DNA of 53,099 nt from positions 1-53,099 of the IMG/VR virus record IMGVR_UViG_3300028361_000502. One strand, given 5' to 3'. Under the pieces are notes generated by a model. It was not told the DNA's origin. It saw only the letters and a list, made by a program, of their open reading frames with translations, and did no database searches. Positions 1-8,792 of this stretch are shown here, piece by piece (the stretch's first letter is position 1; each line of letters begins with the position of its first letter). A program made the translations under genes and the position numbers. This DNA comes from a virus. Lineage: Duplodnaviria; Caudoviricetes.

Positions 1-125
1 TAATCAGGATCGTTCGCACGGAAGTATTGATACCAATTGGTGAAGCCGCTCTTTCTAAGAACACGGTCCCACTGCCATTCAAGATAGCGATACTTAATCC
101 AAGTCAGCGGATTTTTTGGCTTCAC
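1..125 (-). CDS. Hypothetical protein, truncated by window edge
   Basis: Open frame VKPKNPLTWIKYRYLEWQWDRVLRKSG... runs off the left edge; start uncertain. Confidence 0.5.
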   Translation of the reverse strand, partial: MKPKNPLTWIKYRYLEWQWDRVLRKSGFTNWYQYFRANDPD

Positions 126-157
126 GTTGTTGTCTCGCTCGTTCAAGGTAGATTTTG

Positions 158-379
158 TCAAATGTCAACATCCTTCTCGCACCATTCACGCCACTTCAAG
201 ATTTCTGTGTCTTTGCCGCGAACCTGTGTTTTGAGATAGCCATCTTTGATGAGACTATCAACAGTAGCAGTAACTGTCTCAACGATCTGACTTTTCTTGC
301 CAATGTACCAACCAAACACTGTGAACAGCACAGCAGTACCAAACAGCCACAATACCATTTCGTTGTAAAAAATATCCAT
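158..379 (-). CDS. Small membrane protein
   Basis: 73 aa ORF with an N-terminal hydrophobic helix. Confidence 0.7.
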   Translation of the reverse strand: MDIFYNEMVLWLFGTAVLFTVFGWYIGKKSQIVETVTATVDSLIKDGYLKTQVRGKDTEILKWREWCEKDVDI

Positions 380-528
380 TATGCTTTTACCGCCTTGTAT
401 TTCTCGATTGAGTTATATTTAGAAGAGACTCCGAATTTTTTTTCGATAATTAAAATTGCCTCTTCTTCATCCTTAGCATATAAAAGGTCCATATGCTTTT
501 TTCCTAGTATTATATGATAATAGGGCAT
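379..528 (-). CDS. Hypothetical protein (49 aa, not in ORF track)
   Basis: MPYYHIILGKKHMDLLYAKDEEEA...; TAATG overlaps with both neighbours. Confidence 0.65.
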   Translation of the reverse strand: MPYYHIILGKKHMDLLYAKDEEEAILIIEKKFGVSSKYNSIEKYKAVKA

Positions 529-776
529 TACTTGCCTTTCAGTGTTCGCATCATATCTCGATTTTCTTGTTCTACCTTTTCCTTAGCGTCACGCCACATA
601 TCACGCACAAGATACGCAAGCATGGGCAGGCATACAAACGTAATTACAACTGCAAGCCCACTACCTTCAAACAGTGATTCTAGATATGTTGCTCCTATAA
701 TGACTGCGATAAGATATACAGCAAAGCCCGTGGGCCACGCAAGATTTTTAAAAAAGTGTTTCCATACTCTGTTCAT
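528..776 (-). CDS. Two-TM membrane protein
   Basis: Start moved to MNRVWKHFF; two hydrophobic segments. Confidence 0.65.
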   Translation of the reverse strand: MNRVWKHFFKNLAWPTGFAVYLIAVIIGATYLESLFEGSGLAVVITFVCLPMLAYLVRDMWRDAKEKVEQENRDMMRTLKGK

Positions 777-780
777 AGTA

Positions 781-1503
781 TTATACCTTATAAAGTTTGA
801 CATAGTGTAACTGTGTTTCATCCACAGCAAACATTCGATTTTTGGTGTGACCCTTGACTTTGGCTTTGAGTCGTTTCATAGATCCTGCACTGTGTTCGTG
901 TGCGTTAGAGAAGCTAAAAACGTTGCCGCCAATAGCCACAGTGTAGTACCAGCGTTCCCACTGAGCACTGTAGAAACTGCGCAGGATTTTAGCAACACCT
1001 TCTACACCATCTCCCACCGTGCCCACATGAACACTGTCACGATACTCTGTGCGCAATAGTTTTTTGAACGCAATATCATCCAGTTCACGATCTACCAGTT
1101 TAGGTAGGTAACTGATAATGCCAGCAGCATTTACAGGAATAGTGTCAAGGCAGTATGTTTCGTATACACTTTTTTGGAAGTTAGTGAGACTGTCACCGAG
1201 AATCTCCATAGTGTAACGCTTGAAGTGACTGCGAGCACGTTCTACGCTGGCATAGTCTTCTTCTGTGATACTAAACGGAACATAATCGTTAGGAACGTAA
1301 ACACTGGGCATATGTCCTTTGCTGTTAAGGAAATAGCGCATTAGATTTTTGTTGGCGTGTTCTGTGGGTTGCCCTTCACTGAACCTGCGACCATCCTTTA
1401 CATAACGATAGCCGTTGATGCGATACGCAGCATATGCTAATGCCAGCATTTCTTGATTGGGAAGCGTTTTCAGTTGAACTACATCTGCGCTGTACTGTGC
1501 CAT
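781..1503 (-). CDS. Hypothetical phage protein, possible C-terminal OB-like fold
   Basis: 240 aa ORF with GAGG RBS and an upstream sigma70 promoter. Confidence 0.75.
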   Translation of the reverse strand: MAQYSADVVQLKTLPNQEMLALAYAAYRINGYRYVKDGRRFSEGQPTEHANKNLMRYFLNSKGHMPSVYVPNDYVPFSITEEDYASVERARSHFKRYTMEILGDSLTNFQKSVYETYCLDTIPVNAAGIISYLPKLVDRELDDIAFKKLLRTEYRDSVHVGTVGDGVEGVAKILRSFYSAQWERWYYTVAIGGNVFSFSNAHEHSAGSMKRLKAKVKGHTKNRMFAVDETQLHYVKLYKV

Positions 1504-1533
1504 TGTGTGCCTCTAGTGGTTACTTCCATATGT

Positions 1534-1562
1534 AATGTAGCATGACTCTAGGACTTTGTCAA
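1534..1562 (-). promoter_or_regulatory. Sigma70-type promoter
   Basis: TTGACA-N17-TACATT with TGn extension. Confidence 0.65.
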
Positions 1563-1602
1563 CACAAACTAGGTTCTTATTCTTTGATAGTTTGTTTAAT
1601 CA

Positions 1603-2499
1603 TTATAAACCTTCAAATAGTGGATTGCCCTCATTAGATATTTCGGCGAAAAAATCTTTAATTCTATTCTCTGAAATATCACAATATTCTTGTGATAGGT
1701 CCATTCCAATATATTCATGTCCTAGATCAATAGCAGCAATTCCAGTGGATCCACTTCCATTAAATGGGTCTAGTACTAATGAATTTGCGCCCGGAGCGTA
1801 AACGTTTATAAGCCAACGCATTAAGTCAATTGGTTTAGGACTAGGGTGAGTATTGTACTCGCCGCGCTCTTTTCTTGTTACTCTGGGGGCATAGAAATAT
1901 TTTTGATGATCAGATACATCAAACATTCCTACAATATTTGAAGGATATCGACCATTAGGGTTAGCATCTACCTTTTCAGTGTGTTGATCCGTCGACTTTG
2001 TAACTTCTCCGCCAAACGCTCTGCGTTTTGCGCCACCGCTGGTCCATCCTGTAGGAGGTTTTTTATCCCAAGGAATTCGAGTATCCTCGATATTGATAGT
2101 ACCAGTACCCCATTTTTTAATATTTGCCTTTATCGTTTTTTCACTAATTGGCTTTTGAGCTACAGCGATTGGTTCGTGAGCAGGTTTAAGTTTGTTCGCT
2201 TTTGCCATTTTTGTAGTAATCATCCAGATTACTTGATCTTTAATTTCGAAGCCGCCGTCTTCCATTTTCGTAGCCATTCGATGATACATTTCTGGACTAC
2301 AAAAGCTTAGGCACCAGCCGCCGGGTTTTAAAACACGAAGTACTTCCTTCCAAGTTTCGACCGGCGGCACATCTTTATCCCAACCTACTCCTGCGATTTC
2401 CATACCATATGGTGGATCTGTTACTACTAAATCTACGGAATTTTCATCTATTTTTTTTAAAAGATCAATGTTATTTCCACATAATAATTGGTATTCCAT
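1603..2499 (-). CDS. Beta-class amino (N6A/N4C) DNA methyltransferase
   Basis: Catalytic DPPY near the N-terminus; HPSPKP and SAM-binding DPFNGSGST near the C-terminus. Confidence 0.92.
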   Translation of the reverse strand: MEYQLLCGNNIDLLKKIDENSVDLVVTDPPYGMEIAGVGWDKDVPPVETWKEVLRVLKPGGWCLSFCSPEMYHRMATKMEDGGFEIKDQVIWMITTKMAKANKLKPAHEPIAVAQKPISEKTIKANIKKWGTGTINIEDTRIPWDKKPPTGWTSGGAKRRAFGGEVTKSTDQHTEKVDANPNGRYPSNIVGMFDVSDHQKYFYAPRVTRKERGEYNTHPSPKPIDLMRWLINVYAPGANSLVLDPFNGSGSTGIAAIDLGHEYIGMDLSQEYCDISENRIKDFFAEISNEGNPLFEGL

Positions 2500-2507
2500 A
2501 ATTTATC

Positions 2508-3362
2508 CTATGCTTTAAAGGCATTGCCAACGAAAATATTAAAACAAGGAGTCTGTCCACCTTGACAAATATTTTTCCAAGTTACACTTAATCTAAGAAC
2601 GTCTTTGCCACTTTTATTTTGAAGTTTTATACTTTTTCCAGAAGCTACTACTTTTGTAATATTACTATCCATATCGGTAAAATCGTAAAACTCAACAGTT
2701 TGTTTTTTGCTTTGAAAATTCTTAACAACACAATACACTAGATCACTGTTATTCGCAGCAGTTTTTGTAGTATTATTACCAGATAATAACATATTTACCC
2801 ATCTATTAACTTCAGACAAATATTTATTCATACATGTAGCAGCGTATTCGGCATATTTTTCCTGTCCGGGCGATGTAATTTTTGAAATAATATCAAGAAA
2901 TACTTCGTCTTCCGAGTCACGAATGTTTCGTAAAGTTTTAGCATAATCAGAATTATTTTTAAGAGTCCTTCCAATTCGTTCTTCGACAAGAGCAAATCGT
3001 TCTTTTTTTAACCCCAATTCTTCGTCAAATTGTGGATAAGTTTTAATATCTTTATTGATGTATTTTTTTAAGATAGCTGTACTTGTATTAGCCTTAGTGC
3101 CACTTCCGTTTTCAAAACTAAATTTAGTTTCGACTGCAAGTTCAATATCGTTAATAAGAATAACTTTAATATCACCTTTATCAGCATAGGAATTGCCGCC
3201 GGTCCATTTGGCAGATTCTACCTTAGAATTATACACAGTATTGATATGCTGTTTGATATCATCTGCAATTAAATAAAAATAATCATCTACCTCAGCATTA
3301 TTTAACGCTTTAGTAACAGCAATTTCGGCCTCTTCTGCCCAACTACGTTCATTTTCCCCCAT
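2508..3362 (-). CDS. Putative type II restriction endonuclease (PD-(D/E)xK)
   Basis: E...GDI...VETK motif; directly upstream of the MTase; AT-rich. Confidence 0.6.
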   Translation of the reverse strand: MGENERSWAEEAEIAVTKALNNAEVDDYFYLIADDIKQHINTVYNSKVESAKWTGGNSYADKGDIKVILINDIELAVETKFSFENGSGTKANTSTAILKKYINKDIKTYPQFDEELGLKKERFALVEERIGRTLKNNSDYAKTLRNIRDSEDEVFLDIISKITSPGQEKYAEYAATCMNKYLSEVNRWVNMLLSGNNTTKTAANNSDLVYCVVKNFQSKKQTVEFYDFTDMDSNITKVVASGKSIKLQNKSGKDVLRLSVTWKNICQGGQTPCFNIFVGNAFKA

Positions 3363-3366
3363 ATGG

Positions 3367-3768
3367 TTACTCCCTTGTCCATTTAAGATGACCTAGCCGT
3401 TCTTGTTCGCACCAGCGGATAAACAGACCTGTTTCTCTACCGTGTGCTTCGATCTCACTGGGTCTGTCCCAGTAGTCTATGCCCTGTTCGTTGTCTTGTG
3501 TAAGTTCGCCCTGTTGATACTGTTTTACGTGAATCAGTTCGTGTGCCAATGTAGTAAGCATTGTACGCATATCAAGGGTGCGTTTTACGTCGATCTCATA
3601 TTCGTTGCCTTCAAGTTGGCAAGCATATCCATAATTAGGATCGTTCGTCATCCTGCGGAAACTGATTTCAATGCTGGGTGAGATGCCGAACTTTTCGCAC
3701 ACAAAGATAGCCATGCTGTGTGCATACCTGCGCTGGTTGGCCGTGCCGCCATAGACGGTGATATCCAT
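3367..3768 (-). CDS. Zincin-like metallopeptidase
   Basis: TLAHELIH HExxH motif and a downstream PSEIEA glutamate. Confidence 0.75.
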   Translation of the reverse strand: MDITVYGGTANQRRYAHSMAIFVCEKFGISPSIEISFRRMTNDPNYGYACQLEGNEYEIDVKRTLDMRTMLTTLAHELIHVKQYQQGELTQDNEQGIDYWDRPSEIEAHGRETGLFIRWCEQERLGHLKWTRE

Positions 3769-3801
3769 AAGGAACCTTTATTTGTTTTCTACATTAATAT
3801 T

Positions 3802-3830
3802 AAATTAACACACTAATGTGGTATTGTCAA
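3802..3830 (-). promoter_or_regulatory. Sigma70-type promoter
   Basis: TTGACA-N17-TAATTT with TGn. Confidence 0.55.
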
Positions 3831-3833
3831 TCA

Positions 3834-4052
3834 TTATATTCTATAAGTGATGCGGCCTTTGGTAAGATCATATGGTGTCATTTCTAACTTGACTCGATCA
3901 CCCTGTACTAGTCTAATTCTAAACTTGCGCATCTTGCCGCCTGTGTAGCATACTACTTGGTGGCCATTTTCTAGTTCTACTTTAAAAGTTTGATTAGGAA
4001 GTACATCTGTTATTGTACCTTCTAATTCAATTGTATCATCATTCTTTGACAT
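3834..4052 (-). CDS. infA: Translation initiation factor IF-1
   Basis: 72 aa; [22 protein letters not shown]...GKMR..RI....[21 protein letters not shown]. Confidence 0.96.
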   Translation of the reverse strand: MSKNDDTIELEGTITDVLPNQTFKVELENGHQVVCYTGGKMRKFRIRLVQGDRVKLEMTPYDLTKGRITYRI

Positions 4053-4236
4053 TAATGTCCTTTTCGACTTTTGTTATCACGATGTTGCCATCCTCCACGG
4101 CTATTCTAAGAACATCGCCTGGTTGCCAACCCATACGTTCAGCAATCTCAGGTGGAATGTTCATCAATACGTTATCTTTGTCACCTTCGATGTCTTTGAA
4201 GATGTCTTCTACTTTGTAAGTTATAATTTTTGTCAT
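4039..4236 (-). CDS. AbrB/MazE-like swapped-hairpin protein
   Basis: [31 protein letters not shown] pattern. Confidence 0.7.
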   Translation of the reverse strand: MTKIITYKVEDIFKDIEGDKDNVLMNIPPEIAERMGWQPGDVLRIAVEDGNIVITKVEKDINVKE

Positions 4237-4244
4237 CTTGATAT

Positions 4245-4997
4245 TTAGTCCGCTAATGAGATTGAAACAGGATGATATAGATTCAAAACAGCAAAATCAT
4301 ATCCTTGAATTCTTGCTGCTTGTCCGTGTTGTGTTTTGACTTTGATCTTGCCTGCGTGAGCTAGACATGCCCATGCACTGTTTCCTATGTCATGAGTGTT
4401 GCTCACAGTTCTGAGCAGTGTACCGTCGAGCCTGCGCCAGAAGTAGTGTGTTACACTGCCTCTCTTACGACTTATATCAATGCTCTTAACAAATTCTACA
4501 GTTTCGTCTAGTTCAATGCTGTGGGACACTTCGGTAACCAACGGCTTGCTTGCCTTCATTAGAGATTCTAGTTCTTGATTTTCTCTGTAGAACTTGGGCA
4601 GAGTGACAAGGATACCAAGGTGTTCTGCGTCCATGCGAGTTCGATTCTCGCACAGTTCTTCCACAGCCATCATGTATTCGCTAATGTGTTCATTCTTCAG
4701 CCTACGCAGAGTGTATTTTTTAGCAAAGTACTCGTAGATTTTTGCTGCTGTTTTTTGATGCTGTCTTGTAACTGCTGGGTCAGTAATTATGTCAGGACGC
4801 ATACCTAGTGATTTGATAGTTTCGACGATCTGCCATTGTTCTTTGCCCGCTTCTAACATAGACACTAATATTGCTAGAGGAGGTGTGTTAAACTCAAGAT
4901 ATTCTTTGGGTTTTTCTTCTACAGCCACAGCGTTGACACATGCTGCTCCCCAGTCATCAAAGATTGATACAGGTTTTGCGTATATTGTGTTTGTCAT
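4245..4997 (-). CDS. Hypothetical phage protein
   Basis: Long ORF tightly packed in the operon; start moved to ATG 4997. Confidence 0.7.
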   Translation of the reverse strand: MTNTIYAKPVSIFDDWGAACVNAVAVEEKPKEYLEFNTPPLAILVSMLEAGKEQWQIVETIKSLGMRPDIITDPAVTRQHQKTAAKIYEYFAKKYTLRRLKNEHISEYMMAVEELCENRTRMDAEHLGILVTLPKFYRENQELESLMKASKPLVTEVSHSIELDETVEFVKSIDISRKRGSVTHYFWRRLDGTLLRTVSNTHDIGNSAWACLAHAGKIKVKTQHGQAARIQGYDFAVLNLYHPVSISLAD

Positions 4998-4999
4998 AA

Positions 5000-5728
5000 T
5001 TAATCCCACAATGATTCATAGAATTTTCCAAATAGTCTAAAACCATTGGAAATTCTTGCTTGATATGCTTTCATACCATCCCAGTCAGTTTCGCTGGTAT
5101 CTTTTTCACCTCGAATCATTTCGCTCATACCGTTTTCCAGCTTTTTCATTTTGAACTCAATTTCGCCTTTGCGGAACTGATCTTGCCAACTGTCGTCAAG
5201 TTTGTTTTCAAACGCAAAGATCATTTCATCCAACACCCAATCCCAACGAAGATGATGATTGCTGTCAATGCCGCCCCAGTCTTTTTCTTCTTGAGTAAGT
5301 TCAAGAGCCGCAGTGCTGCGAAGGTGCTCAGGAACATCTTCGTCATCTACCAAAGGTGATCCGTGCTTGGTTGCTTGAAGCTGACGCAGCATGGGCAGGA
5401 TGATATAAGCAAGAGTGTCATCCATACTCCAAGTATCCCATGGATCAATACGAACTAAGATCTTGCGATCTTTCTTGCTGTGTACCCAAGTAAGAAAACG
5501 ATTCAACCAAGTAGGCTTGCGATCGTCATCAATGAAGCTGTATACTTCGCCTACACCAGGTTCAGGCTCTACGCTGCCATAAGCAAGCAGTTCTCCAAAC
5601 TTGTGTACCCAATCAGGCTTACTGAGAATGCCATATTCACCAGGCTGTTTCTTGACCCAGAAACACAGCATTTCGGCCAATTGATATGGTCCGATCCTGT
5701 TCTTGTAAGGTCCAATTTTCACTTTCAT
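5000..5728 (-). CDS. Hypothetical phage protein
   Basis: 242 aa; IDPWDTWSMD / WDWVLDEMIFAF / GFRLFGKFYESLWD pattern typical of large-phage hypotheticals. Confidence 0.8.
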   Translation of the reverse strand: MKVKIGPYKNRIGPYQLAEMLCFWVKKQPGEYGILSKPDWVHKFGELLAYGSVEPEPGVGEVYSFIDDDRKPTWLNRFLTWVHSKKDRKILVRIDPWDTWSMDDTLAYIILPMLRQLQATKHGSPLVDDEDVPEHLRSTAALELTQEEKDWGGIDSNHHLRWDWVLDEMIFAFENKLDDSWQDQFRKGEIEFKMKKLENGMSEMIRGEKDTSETDWDGMKAYQARISNGFRLFGKFYESLWD

Positions 5729-6081
5729 TTTTTACTCCTAGCCGCAGCTTGTTTTGCTTTAAACAGTTTAACATCGTTTACAGCACTTGTCAACGCCGCA
5801 GCATAATTCAATGCCTGCTGTTCTTTTAGAATAGTACTGGCTTCGTATTCTACATAGCCACGAGTTAACAGACTCCAAATATCACGCCAACGACGGCGTC
5901 CCCAAAACCGTGTCTTCACAGTGGTATAGATGGTAACAGTTACACTATGGTCGTCTGCTTCTATGTCAACCGTATGAGCGTGATCAGGATCAGTACAGTC
6001 ACAAGGTACTTGATACCAAACGCTTTCGCCCCAATCATTTAGTTTGAGTATACCTTCTGCTGGTTTTTCAGGCTTCATCAT
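5725..6081 (-). CDS. Hypothetical protein (CxC..H motif)
   Basis: 118 aa ORF overlapping both neighbours. Confidence 0.7.
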   Translation of the reverse strand: MMKPEKPAEGILKLNDWGESVWYQVPCDCTDPDHAHTVDIEADDHSVTVTIYTTVKTRFWGRRRWRDIWSLLTRGYVEYEASTILKEQQALNYAAALTSAVNDVKLFKAKQAAARSKK

Positions 6082-6253
6082 TGTTCTCCTCGTATACTAC
6101 TATTTGCGCACTCTGCCCCCAAATAGCCGCTGCTTCTTGTGCTGCTTCGTGGGTGTCGTGTAGTACAGGTTCTACTTCATACATAGCACCTGTCGGGCGA
6201 GTTACATAGATATAATCGTCGCTTCCAAAAGGTACCATTACAGCATATTTCAT
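6068..6253 (-). CDS. Hypothetical protein
   Basis: 61 aa ORF coupled by a TAATG overlap. Confidence 0.65.
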   Translation of the reverse strand: MKYAVMVPFGSDDYIYVTRPTGAMYEVEPVLHDTHEAAQEAAAIWGQSAQIVVYEENNDEA

Positions 6254-6657
6254 TAACTTAGTCCTGCGATCAGTTTGTAATTATCCCAAGCTTTCTTAGC
6301 TGCTGGGTTTGAATCAACAACATCATCACTCAGCACTACATCATACCAATAGTGGTCTAACCTTTGAGGGTGAGCACCATACTGTCGTGGCTGGTGTAGT
6401 TTTCCCTGCTTTTTAAGATAAACACAGATGTTGCGCACTGTCTGTTCATCCGCAGCAGGAATGCTGCTCCACTCAGGAGCACTGTGTAAACTACCAGCAC
6501 CGGCGCCGCCAGCATACCCTTTCCAAATTGACCCCCATTGTGCGTCGTTTTCTGGATCAAAATCTGTACGGGCAACAATCACCAACACATCGTTGATACC
6601 AACTGTACCTTCGTAAATGTCTCTAACACAACGAGACAGCGAGCTTCCTACTTTCAT
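6253..6657 (-). CDS. Hypothetical phage protein
   Basis: 134 aa ORF, GAGG RBS, upstream promoter. Confidence 0.75.
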   Translation of the reverse strand: MKVGSSLSRCVRDIYEGTVGINDVLVIVARTDFDPENDAQWGSIWKGYAGGAGAGSLHSAPEWSSIPAADEQTVRNICVYLKKQGKLHQPRQYGAHPQRLDHYWYDVVLSDDVVDSNPAAKKAWDNYKLIAGLS

Positions 6658-6687
6658 TATATCCTCTTTTGATTATATGTTTCTTAA

Positions 6688-6715
6688 ACTATAACATAGA
6701 CTAACGTTATGTCAA
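6688..6715 (-). promoter_or_regulatory. Sigma70-type promoter
   Basis: TTGACA-N16-TATAGT with TGn. Confidence 0.6.
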
Positions 6716-6742
6716 CCGATAAATACCATATGGAGGTATAAC

Positions 6743-6877
6743 ATGGAAAAATGTACTAAATGCGGACACGATTGCCACTGCGATAAGGGCGTATGTGAAC
6801 AATGCCACAATGATGTGTGTAGCGATTGTGAACACAACGATGAATTAGATCATGCTCCTACGGATACCCAGGGCTAA
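6743..6877 (+). CDS. Cys/His-rich metallothionein-like miniprotein (44 aa, not in ORF track)
   Basis: MEKCTKCGHDCHCDKGVCEQCHNDVCSDCEH...; GGAGG RBS; ATAAATA upstream at about 6719-6725. Confidence 0.7.
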   Translation: MEKCTKCGHDCHCDKGVCEQCHNDVCSDCEHNDELDHAPTDTQG

Positions 6878-7363
6878 TCTAGCAGGGTACAGTTCGATAC
6901 TCACACTGTTGTTTTGATTGCCGCCCAGAATCTGATAGTAGTCTACACTGTCTATGGTCACTGTGCTGATGTAAAACCCAACGTGTCCCTGCCAACCCTG
7001 GTTGCCTCTTGGAAAAATCACAAGGTCACCGGCCAACGGAGCGTCTACTGATTTGCCCCAATTTAAAAAGCTTCTGGCCAGCAGTGGATGCTGGCTTACG
7101 CTTTCTGACCCAGCAATACCGCTATCGTTGAGAACAGCATTGATAAACGCTGCGCACCATTCTGTTCTTACAGGATCTACTCCGATAAATTCTCTCAGTT
7201 CTGCTCTGTGATCTTGTTCGGTATAGTCTACGTATTGTACCGCAGTTATCAGCTTGGTTTCTGTTACAGTAGGTATTCTATCAACAGTCTCAGGTATAAC
7301 GTCTCCGAGAGATATAGCACATCCACTCAGAAGTACTGCTGATAGAATTATAATTTTTTTCAT
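6845..7363 (-). CDS. TIGR02594-like NlpC/P60-CHAP peptidoglycan hydrolase lipoprotein
   Basis: Lipobox LLSGC; WCAAF, ARSFLNWG, GHVGF and LGGNQ motifs. Confidence 0.85.
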   Translation of the reverse strand: MKKIIILSAVLLSGCAISLGDVIPETVDRIPTVTETKLITAVQYVDYTEQDHRAELREFIGVDPVRTEWCAAFINAVLNDSGIAGSESVSQHPLLARSFLNWGKSVDAPLAGDLVIFPRGNQGWQGHVGFYISTVTIDSVDYYQILGGNQNNSVSIELYPARLALGIRRSMI

Positions 7364-7426
7364 TGCCCTTGCCCTCACATGTATTTATTTTGATAAATAT
7401 TATTATAAAGTTAGAGGGCACACTTT

Positions 7427-7705
7427 ATGGATTTTTTAACACTAGTTGGCGAAGTAGGTTTTCCCATTGCTGGAGCGTTAGCAGCCGGCGTGTTTGTTTT
7501 CATTACGCTGAAGTTTATACTTGCCAGTGTTACTGATTCAGTTCACACACTTAAAAACATCATGGGATCACTGGACAATCGTGTACAGACCATGAACAAC
7601 GATCTAGTCAAGATAGACGCACTGCTGAGTTATGTACTACATATCAAACCCAATGTAGAACGTATAGCTGCCAATGAGGGCAAAGATGATGCTCGTAGAG
7701 ATTAA
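7427..7705 (+). CDS. Small membrane protein (N-terminal TM plus coiled coil), holin-like
   Basis: GFPIAGA TM segment; LDNRVQTMNNDLVKID; paralogous to the next gene. Confidence 0.75.
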   Translation: MDFLTLVGEVGFPIAGALAAGVFVFITLKFILASVTDSVHTLKNIMGSLDNRVQTMNNDLVKIDALLSYVLHIKPNVERIAANEGKDDARRD

Positions 7706-7707
7706 CT

Positions 7708-8076
7708 ATGGAATTTGATATAGCAACTGCAATTAAAGATTTTGGTTTCCCAGTTGTGGCAGCAATGGGTCTCGGATATTTCATATATTATATATGGAAA
7801 TGGGTAACTGAAACTATCGATCCCATACTGGGCGAAACACAGTTTACGCTGATCAAACTGGTGGATCGTGTTAGAATGTTAGACAACGATCTTATACGTC
7901 TCAACATGAAACTCAGCATGGTGCTGGAATATAGAGGCATGTTGGAACAGTCTGGTATGCCTAAAAAAGACATAGAAGAACTGGACGATATCATAAACAA
8001 ATATCAATCAAAGAGTGCTGTGTTCAACAGTACTGGTAAAGCAGCGCCTAAGCCTGCAGAACCAAAAAAAAACTAA
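7708..8076 (+). CDS. Small membrane protein, paralog of the upstream gene, holin-like
   Basis: FGFPVVAA TM segment; LVDRVRMLDNDLIRLN. Confidence 0.75.
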   Translation: MEFDIATAIKDFGFPVVAAMGLGYFIYYIWKWVTETIDPILGETQFTLIKLVDRVRMLDNDLIRLNMKLSMVLEYRGMLEQSGMPKKDIEELDDIINKYQSKSAVFNSTGKAAPKPAEPKKN

Positions 8077-8120
8077 CAGTACCTAAATTAAAATTTGCTT
8101 GGTTCCAAAGCACACGAAAT

Positions 8121-8792
8121 TTATTGATTAGTTTTTTGTTGTTGCTGATACTTAACGTTACAGTCTTTGTATTTTTCTATTAAAATATCAGCCACAGTGT
8201 CACTACACACAGTTTCATAATGAGTGTGTGGAACTTCAACATGCGCCATGTCCGATCTGCTTTTCATACTTTCAATAGTAACAACACCATCGTTGGGCCC
8301 ACCGTGATATGGTACTTGACCAGTTGTGCTTACAACCTGTGTCCAAGGCACTGTTAATTTTATTTCCTGTGCTAGGCGTATAGGATCTGCGTTGCGTCCA
8401 ATATCTCTAAACAGCGGATAGTTTGGCACAATATATTTGGCCCAATCTGCTGTGCTGCTGCCAGCGAACGGTGTGCTGATGCTTACGCCGCCTAGTACTC
8501 TAATGTACTTGGTAAGGTGCAGAGCATACAGCCCGCCTAGACTGTGTCCTATAACAAAGTGTGGACCACGCCCTTGCACTTCTTCAGTGATCATATCTAA
8601 ATTATCACTGAAGCGATTCATACTGCTGTAGTTTACAAATATTTCTTTTGAAAAGTTTGTTTGACTTCTAAGATATTTAAAACTTAAATCAGTTTGATTG
8701 GCACCGTGTATCCAGATAACATTAACATTATCTGTTTCTTGTCCGTTGTACTCTGTGTCTTTGTTGAATATATTTTTAAAATAATTTATCAT
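8121..8792 (-). CDS. Alpha/beta hydrolase (lipase/esterase-like)
   Basis: IHG oxyanion motif, GHSLGG nucleophile elbow, STPFAGS, NDGVV, His; ATGA-coupled to the cyclase. Confidence 0.85.
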   Translation of the reverse strand: MINYFKNIFNKDTEYNGQETDNVNVIWIHGANQTDLSFKYLRSQTNFSKEIFVNYSSMNRFSDNLDMITEEVQGRGPHFVIGHSLGGLYALHLTKYIRVLGGVSISTPFAGSSTADWAKYIVPNYPLFRDIGRNADPIRLAQEIKLTVPWTQVVSTTGQVPYHGGPNDGVVTIESMKSRSDMAHVEVPHTHYETVCSDTVADILIEKYKDCNVKYQQQQKTNQ

